From IMG/VR virus record IMGVR_UViG_3300032331_000926, positions 1-34,131 of that record: 34,131 nucleotides of DNA, one strand, 5' to 3'. The stretch comes from a virus. Shown here piece after piece: positions 12,475 through 19,017 of this stretch (the stretch's first letter is position 1; every line of letters starts with the position of its first letter). The notes beneath the pieces were generated by a model that saw nothing but the letters and a program-made list of their open reading frames with translations, was not told where the DNA came from and made no database searches. The translations under genes and the position numbers were made by a program.

Positions 12475-13364
12475 GTAACGCATTGGTAACTATGGATGAC
12501 ATTAATTTCATGGGTAATGCAATCAGCAAGTCTGGGCTGTTCGGAATGAAAACACCCGACCAGGCTATCGCTCTCATGCTGATAGCCCAGGCCGAGGGAA
12601 TGCACCCTGCCATCGCAGCGCGTGACTACCATGTCATACAAGGCCGTCCAGCACTGAAGGCAGATGCAATGCTGGCGCGGTTTCAGACTGCTGGTGGCAA
12701 GGTCAACTGGGATGTCTATACGGATGCCGAAGTCAAGGCTACCTTCTCTCACCCGGCTGGTGGCAGCGTCACCCTGTCCTGGACGCTAGAACAGGCCAAG
12801 CGTATCGGCCTGGCAGGGAAAGACAACTGGAAGAACTATCCTCGCGCCATGCTCCGCGCCAGAGTCATCTCTGAGGGCATCAGGACGGTCTATCCGGGTT
12901 GCGTGGTGGGCGTGTATACGCCAGAGGAAGTGCAGGACTTTGACCAGCCCAAACAGCGCCCTATGCGCGACATGGGTGCGGTGGAGGTGGTAGAGGAAAC
13001 GCGGGAAGCGTTCATCGAGTCAGACGAACTGCCGCCAGCAGGGGTGGACATCTGGCCTCTGAATGTGCCTGGGCGCGACACCATGCAGTGCGCTGGCAAG
13101 GAAGAATGGGTGGAGGCGTTCCTGATGCTGGTGGGCAAGGTTGCCAATGCCAAGCTGACGGATGCCGAGAAACAGGCAAAGGTAGCGCAACTGCGCTCTG
13201 CCAACACCGCAGCATTCTCCCGGATGGGCATTCAAGCCAGCGCCGAAATCTACCGCCAAATCACTGAGATTCTGCCGCCGCCGGAGGTGGGCGCTGAAGG
13301 TGCAAAAAAGTGGGTGGAGGAATTCGACAAAGCGTTACAGGAACCCAGTGCGTCGCAATCCTAG
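12471..13364 (+). CDS. RecT-like single-strand annealing protein
   Basis: QAIALMLIAQAEGMHPAIAARDYHVIQGRPALKADAM and NWKNYPRAMLRARVISEGIRTVYP resemble RecT-family core motifs. It is paired with the YqaJ exonuclease. Called from memory, not from a search. Confidence 0.65.
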   Translation: MSNALVTMDDINFMGNAISKSGLFGMKTPDQAIALMLIAQAEGMHPAIAARDYHVIQGRPALKADAMLARFQTAGGKVNWDVYTDAEVKATFSHPAGGSVTLSWTLEQAKRIGLAGKDNWKNYPRAMLRARVISEGIRTVYPGCVVGVYTPEEVQDFDQPKQRPMRDMGAVEVVEETREAFIESDELPPAGVDIWPLNVPGRDTMQCAGKEEWVEAFLMLVGKVANAKLTDAEKQAKVAQLRSANTAAFSRMGIQASAEIYRQITEILPPPEVGAEGAKKWVEEFDKALQEPSASQS

Positions 13365-13366
13365 CA

Positions 13367-13543
13367 ATGCTTAAGCGTGGGCCTATCACGCCACTGGATG
13401 CCATCAGGGATGCGAAGTGTATGCGCCTAGCAGCACGAATCGCTGACCTGAAGGAACAAGGTCACACTATCACCATGGAGATGGTAACGCTGGGAGAGAA
13501 ACGGTTTGCAAAGTATTCACTTATGAGGCAACACAATGGATGA
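13367..13543 (+). CDS. Small winged-helix/HTH DNA-binding protein (HTH_39-like)
   Basis: MLKRGPITPLDAIRDAKCMRLAARIADLKEQGHTI matches the pattern of short phage HTH proteins (rLaaRI.eLk..G..I). The start is taken at ATG 13367, 2 nt after the RecT-like stop. Confidence 0.55.
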   Translation: MLKRGPITPLDAIRDAKCMRLAARIADLKEQGHTITMEMVTLGEKRFAKYSLMRQHNG

Positions 13544-13754
13544 CTATGGTTACAAGGTCAAACGGTTGATAGAGGGAAAAGGGGTTTTGTTTACTAACGC
13601 AGAGAAGTGGGACGAAGGTAGTCCAGACATGAAAGGAGAGATTCTATATAAGGGTGAACTTATTAAAATTGGTGGTTGGATCAGGCATACAGACAAAGGG
13701 ATGCTCATATCCCTTGGTATAGACAAATTCAAAAGGAATCGTGATGGCAACTAA
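13536..13754 (+). CDS. Mini SSB-like/DUF736-like protein, paralog 1 (72 aa, no acidic tail)
   Basis: GKGVLFTNAEKWDEGSPDMKGEILYKGELIKIGGWIRHTDKGMLISL aligns with the next gene. Confidence 0.6.
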   Translation: MDDYGYKVKRLIEGKGVLFTNAEKWDEGSPDMKGEILYKGELIKIGGWIRHTDKGMLISLGIDKFKRNRDGN

Positions 13755-13995
13755 GACACCAGAAGAAGGCAAGGGCGTACTGTTCAGCGCCGACAAGAAG
13801 GGCAACCCGAAAGCGCCGGACTTCAAGGGCGAGATCATGGTGGAGGGAAAGATCATCAAGCTGGCAGCGTGGAAGCGCCAATCAGCCTACGGCGAACTGA
13901 TTAGCCTGGCTCACAATACCTACAACGGTGGCGCTCCGCAGCAGAAGTATCCGCGTGAGATCAACAACGATGATGACAACTCGGTACCCTTCTAA
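13744..13995 (+). CDS. Mini SSB-like/DUF736-like protein, paralog 2 (83 aa) with SSB-type acidic C-terminal tip
   Basis: GKGVLFSADKKGNPKAPDFKGEIMVEGKIIKLAAWKRQSAYGELISL. The C-terminus reads ...NNDDDDNSVPF. AGGA lies 6 nt upstream of ATG 13744. Confidence 0.6.
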   Translation: MATKTPEEGKGVLFSADKKGNPKAPDFKGEIMVEGKIIKLAAWKRQSAYGELISLAHNTYNGGAPQQKYPREINNDDDNSVPF

Positions 13996-14732
13996 TGTCT
14001 AAAATCTTCCTATCTACTCCCATGTACGGTGGTCAATGCACTGGCTTCTATTGCCAGTCCTTGATCCAACTCAACAACCTGCTCAAGAACTCTGGCAACG
14101 AGTGCGTCATGTCGTTCATGTTCAATGAGAGCCTGATTACCAGGGCGAGGAATGCACTGGTTCACGGGTTTCTCAAGACGGACTGTACGCACCTGATGTT
14201 CATTGACGCTGACATCAAGTTCAATGCTGCTGACATCCCTCCCATGATCGAGGCCGACAAGGACATCATCTGCGGCATCTATCCCAAGAAGGAAATTAAC
14301 TGGCATACCGTCAAATCGGCAATGGATGCAGGTGTTCCGGTAGATCAACTGAAACACCATACCGGGGCATTTGTGGTGAACCTGGTGGACTACAACGCAT
14401 CCGTCACCGTGCCGATCAATCAGCCGGTGGAAATCTGGAATGGTGGCACTGGGTTCATGCTCATCAAGCGTAAAGTCTTTGCGGAACTGGCTGACAAAGT
14501 TCCTAGCTACATCAATGATGTCACAGACCTGTCTGGCAGCATCAAGCAGGATTTAATTAGGGAATACTTTGCTACCAGTATTGAGGAAGGTACGCAGCGC
14601 CTGCTATCAGAGGACTACCACTTCTGCAATATCTGGAGGAAGGCCGGCGGTAAGGTCTGGGCAGCACCCTGGGCGCAACTGGCTCACATAGGGACGTATG
14701 CCTTTGAAGGTCAACTGTTGCAGTCAGCCTAA
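13995..14732 (+). CDS. GT-A-fold glycosyltransferase (second one in the genome)
   Basis: STPMYGGQC...NESLITRARN...THLMFIDADIKF (DxD = DAD)...ICGIYPKK. This pattern recurs in phage and bacterial GT2-like enzymes. Confidence 0.65.
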   Translation: MSKIFLSTPMYGGQCTGFYCQSLIQLNNLLKNSGNECVMSFMFNESLITRARNALVHGFLKTDCTHLMFIDADIKFNAADIPPMIEADKDIICGIYPKKEINWHTVKSAMDAGVPVDQLKHHTGAFVVNLVDYNASVTVPINQPVEIWNGGTGFMLIKRKVFAELADKVPSYINDVTDLSGSIKQDLIREYFATSIEEGTQRLLSEDYHFCNIWRKAGGKVWAAPWAQLAHIGTYAFEGQLLQSA

Positions 14733-14754
14733 AAAAAACCCCCAGCAATGGGGG
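14731..14754 (-). terminator. Canonical intrinsic terminator in minus-strand sense
   Basis: Minus strand reads CCCCC-attgct-GGGGG followed by TTTTTTTT (plus strand: A8 at 14731-38, CCCCC at 14739-43, GGGGG at 14750-54). The plus sense has no U-tract after the stem. Confidence 0.6.
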
Positions 14755-14797
14755 CGAAGTTCCCGAGGAGGGAGAGGCAACGAAGAATGGAGACATT

Positions 14798-15172
14798 ATG
14801 ACAGACGCAGCGCAGCGCGGTAGACGTAACCGGCAACGGGGACAAGAGGGAGAACGGGAAGTCTCTAAGCTGTTATCTGATTCTCTCAATATGTCTGTTA
14901 AGAGGTTATTGGGACAGGAGAGGGACAAGGGTTCTGACATCCTGACCAAGCCATATCGGTGGGAGGTGAAGCGCAGGAAACGTATTGGATTGATCTATGA
15001 CTGGTTGGAGGAAGCGCAAGACGGCCTCCAAAACGCATCAGAACGGCCTCTAGTAGCATTCCGTGCAGACGGCAAGGGTTGGCTAGTAGTCATGCCCCTT
15101 GAGGAGGCTATACGACTTATACGAGAGGAAATAGTTAATGAAGATAATGGATGTGTTAATAAGCCTGCTTGA
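14798..15172 (+). CDS. PD-(D/E)xK nuclease, Holliday-junction-resolvase-like
   Basis: GQEGEREVSKLL...GSDIL...RWEVKRRK gives the E...D...ExK arrangement of small phage/archaeal-type resolvases. GGAG SD. Confidence 0.5.
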   Translation: MTDAAQRGRRNRQRGQEGEREVSKLLSDSLNMSVKRLLGQERDKGSDILTKPYRWEVKRRKRIGLIYDWLEEAQDGLQNASERPLVAFRADGKGWLVVMPLEEAIRLIREEIVNEDNGCVNKPA

Positions 15173-15407
15173 CGGGTATGAGCCTAGCCTGATGCTTCCT
15201 CACGAAGCAATCATGGCATGGAAGCCCAGTGATCCTCGGCGCTACGATACCCGGCGTGACAAGTGCCTGGAGTATCTGAAAGCCAGGAATCTCTGGGTGC
15301 TGGATGGGAAGTTCACCCCAACCAAGTCTAGCCATACGGACATCACGGTGGTGTTCAACCGCGCCAAGAGTGAAATGGGCGAGAAGATGATCCAGGTGGC
15401 AAAGTGA
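15138..15407 (+). CDS. Hypothetical protein, 89 aa
   Basis: GAGAGGA lies upstream of the ATG. It overlaps the nuclease 3' end by 35 nt. GTGA overlap with the next gene. Confidence 0.5.
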   Translation: MKIMDVLISLLDGYEPSLMLPHEAIMAWKPSDPRRYDTRRDKCLEYLKARNLWVLDGKFTPTKSSHTDITVVFNRAKSEMGEKMIQVAK

Positions 15408-15703
15408 AAGCCCTTGTGATTGCAGCAACGGCCTTGCTAGGCGCTTGTTCTATCTTGCCGGGGTCTAGTCCCAAGATCGAACCGGTAGCACCTGTAGCGA
15501 CTCCTGCGCCGCCAGAGCCGGCTACTAGCCTAATAGTGGAGAAGGAGATCACTCCGCTGACTAGGGCAGAAGTGATTGCCGGAATCAACGAGTGCGAGAC
15601 ATCTAACCTGCGCCCGGTCATCCTGTCTACGAAACGCCGGGTTAATGGGCAGCTAATCCCGGCAGTGGTTGAGGTGACTTGCCTGCCTAAGATACCTAAA
15701 TAG
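15404..15703 (+). CDS. Lipoprotein (99 aa)
   Basis: GTG start with an AGGTGG SD. MKALVIAATALLGAC is a signal peptide with lipobox L-G-A-C. It is followed by a Pro-rich linker (PVAPVATPAPPEPA). Confidence 0.65.
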   Translation: MKALVIAATALLGACSILPGSSPKIEPVAPVATPAPPEPATSLIVEKEITPLTRAEVIAGINECETSNLRPVILSTKRRVNGQLIPAVVEVTCLPKIPK

Positions 15704-15711
15704 GTGACAAA

Positions 15712-16044
15712 GTGAAGAAAGAAATTGCCCTAGTTATTGTTGAAGCCTGGAAGAAAAATTCCAAGGTTATGGAGGTGCAGGAACTAAAAGATTACTTTGC
15801 CGAAAAGAATCAATTTGTTCCGTACAAAACCTCTATCAAAGTAATGGTTAGCGAACGTAACCGGCTTGCCAGTTCTGCGTTATGGGATGGTCATTTCAAC
15901 CGTGCTGTCGTGTTGCTGATGAAGCACGGATTGAAAGACAGTTCTCAGGTTCGTAAGCCTGAATTAAACGAAACATATATTGTTTCAAACAGGCTGAGTG
16001 GTGACATTCGCAATCCCAAGTCGGATTGGAAATACGTCAAGTGA
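15712..16044 (+). CDS. Hypothetical protein, 110 aa, last gene of the rightward arm
   Basis: GTG start with an AGGTGA SD and the same caaa spacer as the lipoprotein gene. AT-richer than its neighbours. Its TGA (16042-44) abuts the stop of the converging gene (16045-47). Confidence 0.55.
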   Translation: MKKEIALVIVEAWKKNSKVMEVQELKDYFAEKNQFVPYKTSIKVMVSERNRLASSALWDGHFNRAVVLLMKHGLKDSSQVRKPELNETYIVSNRLSGDIRNPKSDWKYVK

Positions 16045-16269
16045 CTACCGGCAACCCCAGCGCCGTCTAGCTGCTTTACCGCGCTCACCCTTCCAACTCT
16101 TGCTCCTGGCACAGAACGACTTGTGCCGGGGGCCAGACTTGGTGGGAGCCTTGAGGTTACTTCCGGCGGCACGGGCTTTGCGCCTGCCTTTCTCGGTTAG
16201 GCCAGCGCCCCTGCTTGCTGGTAGCTTTTCACCCCTGCCTACAGACAGGCTTGGGAATTTCTTAGCCAC
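16045..16269 (-). CDS. Small, very basic protein (74 aa)
   Basis: GTG start. SRGAGLTEKGRRKARAAGSNLKAPT resembles a conserved small phage protein motif (GLT.kGR...G.nLKaP) of unknown function. Confidence 0.5.
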   Translation of the reverse strand: MAKKFPSLSVGRGEKLPASRGAGLTEKGRRKARAAGSNLKAPTKSGPRHKSFCARSKSWKGERGKAARRRWGCR

Positions 16270-16411
16270 GGCGCACCTTGCGTTTCTTGGCAGTCTTGGC
16301 TGATCTGCGAAATGCCATAGCAGTAGGATAGCCTTTCTGCCCCGGCTTCTTGGCTGGCAAGCCCAGCTTCCTGCGCCGGTTGATGTTGTAGTACAAACCT
16401 TTCTTAACCAT
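16262..16411 (-). CDS. Small, very basic protein (49 aa, not in ORF track)
   Basis: MVKKGLYYNINRRRKLGLPAKKPGQKGYPTAMAFRRSAKTAKKRKVRRG. The GLyyNI.rrrk...kkpG.kGyPt motif resembles a conserved viral small protein. It overlaps the endolysin 3' end by 8 nt and the next gene by 8 nt. Confidence 0.5.
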   Translation of the reverse strand: MVKKGLYYNINRRRKLGLPAKKPGQKGYPTAMAFRRSAKTAKKRKVRRG

Positions 16412-16841
16412 AATTCCTTGTCCCTTGTTTGTCGATTATCAGCCTGCTGTGTCTAGGAGCCAATGTTGGGTCGGTAGACACGCTGATGTGCGTCCAGGCA
16501 TCAAACTCTAGAATGATCTGGTCAAACAGCACAGAGGCCGTAATACAGGCTTCTACTACCTGCCTGGGAGTCATGCCGGGTACGCGAATGTCTGCCGCGC
16601 AGCCTATACGGTGCTGGCTGGAATCCTTGGAACCTACCGCGTCATTGACCTGTTTGTTGCGAAACCCGCTGTTAATCATCACCGGCTTGCCGCCTACCGC
16701 TTCCTTGACCTTTTCTAGCAAGTAGGCAAGACGCTGAAGATTGCTGATCTCCTCCTGGGTAGGACTGTTGTCCCAGCCGTTCCGGGCAGCGACCTCGGAG
16801 TGCGTCAGTTCTTCTAGAGTGAAGTGTGGTGACAGGTTCAT
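16404..16841 (-). CDS. Endolysin, peptidase M15 (zinc D-Ala-D-Ala/L-Ala-D-Glu peptidase type)
   Basis: FTLEELTHS..., SGFRNKQVNDAVGSKDSSQHRIGCAADI (H-x6-D zinc ligands), and a later ...DAWTHISV His. The holin genes lie immediately upstream. Confidence 0.88.
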   Translation of the reverse strand: MNLSPHFTLEELTHSEVAARNGWDNSPTQEEISNLQRLAYLLEKVKEAVGGKPVMINSGFRNKQVNDAVGSKDSSQHRIGCAADIRVPGMTPRQVVEACITASVLFDQIILEFDAWTHISVSTDPTLAPRHSRLIIDKQGTRNYG

Positions 16842-17065
16842 TTCTCAATATGCTCCGTAACTTTGACTGCTGCAAGGATGCCAATAAAACCGCCAACGAT
16901 GGTGTTGAACGCCGGGCCAATGATGGGAAATATATCGTCATTGTTGACCACGCCGTTGGGCACAAACAAACCGTACAAAAATACACCAACCATTGAGATC
17001 ATCACCAGCGACAGCGTGATGCTGACAAGGATGGTCACAAAGCAGATTGTGTTTTCACGGTTCAT
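16838..17065 (-). CDS. Two-TM membrane protein (holin/antiholin candidate)
   Basis: 75 aa with two hydrophobic spans (CFVTILVSITLSLVMISMVGVFLYGLF; IVGGFIGILAAV). ATGA-type coupling on both sides. Confidence 0.55.
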   Translation of the reverse strand: MNRENTICFVTILVSITLSLVMISMVGVFLYGLFVPNGVVNNDDIFPIIGPAFNTIVGGFIGILAAVKVTEHIEK

Positions 17066-17460
17066 TTTTTCTCCTTCATGCCAATGATTTTTTCAAGCGT
17101 TCTACCGCCGAAATAAAAACTCATAATTAGCATTCCCCATTGTCCTAGCAATTCAACGTACTTCTGGTTTACTTCAATGTGTGCAGCAGACAGGATGGCA
17201 AAAACAAAATAGCCCAACAAAATGGCTATCAAGGTCATAGGACGGATGTTCTTGGATAGCCATGAATCTGACCCCATGTCTGCTTTGAGTCTGTCGGTAA
17301 GTTCATGTTGCTCCGAGACATCCGCGTTCAGTTGCGCCAGTTCGCCGTTCTGCTGCATTTCCAGCAGTTTCAGTTTGGCGGCTTCAGCAGCAGCAGGATC
17401 AGGGAACACCTTATCCAGAATCTTGCTACCAATATCTAGTACAGCACCCAGTGGGAACAT
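17062..17460 (-). CDS. Holin, GTA_holin_3TM-like
   Basis: N-terminus LDIGSKILDKVFPDPAAAEAAKLKLLEMQQNGELAQL, then ...NIRPMTLIAILLGYFVFAIL. This matches my memory of the 3-TM holin family from gene-transfer-agent/alphaproteobacterial phage lysis cassettes. Confidence 0.65.
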   Translation of the reverse strand: MFPLGAVLDIGSKILDKVFPDPAAAEAAKLKLLEMQQNGELAQLNADVSEQHELTDRLKADMGSDSWLSKNIRPMTLIAILLGYFVFAILSAAHIEVNQKYVELLGQWGMLIMSFYFGGRTLEKIIGMKEKK

Positions 17461-17462
17461 AG

Positions 17463-17996
17463 TTAGCCTCTGAAGTAAATTGCCACGAAAATGATGATGC
17501 CACCAATGCCAAGGAATACAAAGATTCCTGCCATCATTAGCATTTCTTCTTGTTCCTGTTTTTTTCTGGCAGCGCGGTCTTTGGCAAGCCTAGTTTTGCG
17601 GATAGCTTCTCGGTTAGCTTCATCCTGTTCACCGCTGATTCTGTTGCGCTCGGCACACAGTTCGTGATACAGGTCTAACTCACCCTTAAGAGTGAACATA
17701 TCCCGCAGCTCGCGCTCAAACTCGCGCATTTGCTTGCGGTGCATAACAATGGTGAAAGCCTGAGAGAGCGCAGATTCTTGCACTGCGGCTTCTTTGGGAT
17801 CGTCAGACTTTGGTTGAGCCTTGAGAACTTCTACTTCTTTGGCGGCTTTTTCGATCTGGCCTTGGGCTTTGAAGAACTTGGACAAGTCCTCATAGCAGTC
17901 CTTGATCTCATGCCCCATGTTGATGGCTTCTTTGACAAAGCCAACACTGGTCTTAGCTAATGCAAACGCCGCCCCGATGGTTACGGGGTCAATCAT
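17463..17996 (-). CDS. Coiled-coil protein with C-terminal TM segment (177 aa)
   Basis: Charged helical core (KAAKEVEVLKAQPK..., RELRDMF...) and C-terminus MLMMAGIFVFLGIGGIIIFVAIYFRG. Function unknown. Confidence 0.55.
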   Translation of the reverse strand: MIDPVTIGAAFALAKTSVGFVKEAINMGHEIKDCYEDLSKFFKAQGQIEKAAKEVEVLKAQPKSDDPKEAAVQESALSQAFTIVMHRKQMREFERELRDMFTLKGELDLYHELCAERNRISGEQDEANREAIRKTRLAKDRAARKKQEQEEMLMMAGIFVFLGIGGIIIFVAIYFRG

Positions 17997-18004
17997 GGTT
18001 ACAC

Positions 18005-18208
18005 CTACCTAAAGAGTCTTTCGACTAAATGCGTTGCTCCAGCGCCTACACCGCCAGCAGCAAGCATCAAGCCGATAGCTACCCCCTTAGCCCCGGTCAT
18101 CTGCTCTTTCATCTGCTTCACATCGTCACGCAATGATTCCACCTCGCCTGTCAAAGTCTCGACGGCGTTAAGCAGCCTTCCAAACTCTACCGGGTCGATC
18201 TCAGCCAT
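18005..18208 (-). CDS. Small membrane protein (67 aa)
   Basis: Coiled-coil N-terminal half, then GVAIGLMLAAGGVGAGATHLV. TAATG-type coupling with the upstream gene. Confidence 0.55.
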   Translation of the reverse strand: MAEIDPVEFGRLLNAVETLTGEVESLRDDVKQMKEQMTGAKGVAIGLMLAAGGVGAGATHLVERLFR

Positions 18209-18549
18209 TACAGACCTTCACCTGGAGTGACATAAACAATGGCATTTCCAGTGGCAACAATGGCAGATAGATACAGCGTAGCCGTGTTAGTTGCCTGGGC
18301 TGGGGCAGTCAAAATAATTGTCGCATTGTTGTGCAAGACCATGCCATAGGCAGGAGTTCCTCCAACAGGAACAACAGCATCTCCCGTACTGGAATTGCTC
18401 AACCTAACAAAAACTTCTGCTGCCGTTCCGTTATGAACACGCACTTGGTTAGCAGGACTATCAGAAAGAATGGCTACCGTATTTGCAGCGGTAGTTACAT
18501 TTATCCTGGTGGTCTTGCCTTGAACTTGGAAGGCAATGTTGTTAGCCAT
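18208..18549 (-). CDS. Beta-rich small protein, TPGEGL-tail family member 1 (113 aa)
   Basis: Thr/Asn/Ala/Val-rich. The C-terminus is ...GNAIVYVTPGEGL. It aligns with 27138..27467 (NQVRVHNGTAAEVFV / NQYRVINTGTVTVFL). Confidence 0.6.
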   Translation of the reverse strand: MANNIAFQVQGKTTRINVTTAANTVAILSDSPANQVRVHNGTAAEVFVRLSNSSTGDAVVPVGGTPAYGMVLHNNATIILTAPAQATNTATLYLSAIVATGNAIVYVTPGEGL

Positions 18550-18551
18550 GA

Positions 18552-18800
18552 TTAGTACACCTTCCGTCCGGGCTTGGTGGTGTTGCTGATCTTGGTCGAG
18601 TAGTTGTTCTCATCAAAACAGAACACGCTACGGAAGCCGCCATAGGGCATCGTGCCTGGAGTCCAGTGCGGCTCACCACCCTGGCTGTTATCACGGGGAG
18701 TCTGAGGGCGCATTGCCTTCGCCCACTTCTGACTGTAGTTCAGATTCTCAGCGCCAGGTACGGTGCTTTTCTGCTCAAGTTCCTTCGGATCGCGCATCAT
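18552..18800 (-). CDS. Hypothetical protein, 82 aa
   Basis: AAGGAG lies 4-7 nt upstream of ATGATG. It overlaps the 3' end of the upstream membrane-protein gene by about 25 nt. Confidence 0.5.
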   Translation of the reverse strand: MMRDPKELEQKSTVPGAENLNYSQKWAKAMRPQTPRDNSQGGEPHWTPGTMPYGGFRSVFCFDENNYSTKISNTTKPGRKVY

Positions 18801-18990
18801 TTTTCTCCTTAGTCTTTACCATGAGGTAGGAGAACAAGGCAAAAAATGCGCTCATTCCCAACCGTTCGTATGTAGGCCACCACATTGTCCAGCAAGCCAG
18901 TCCAAACGACATGGACAAAGCTACGATGGTCAATACTTTATCAGCCAACACTGACAACGCCAAACGCAACAACGCAATACCTTCCATCAT
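18775..18990 (-). CDS. Two-TM membrane protein (71 aa)
   Basis: IALLRLALSVLADKVLTIVALSMSFGLACW and GMSAFFALFSYLMV are hydrophobic spans. Confidence 0.5.
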   Translation of the reverse strand: MMEGIALLRLALSVLADKVLTIVALSMSFGLACWTMWWPTYERLGMSAFFALFSYLMVKTKEKNDARSEGT

Positions 18991-19017
18991 TATCCCCTTA
19001 ATAAGTAAACCGATATA

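Noticed and set aside
16262-16269. Programmed frameshift fusing the 49-aa and 74-aa basic ORFs
   Set aside because: There is no slippery heptamer in the 8-nt overlap (cgtggctaa). A GTG start with an AAGGTG-like SD explains the second ORF more simply.
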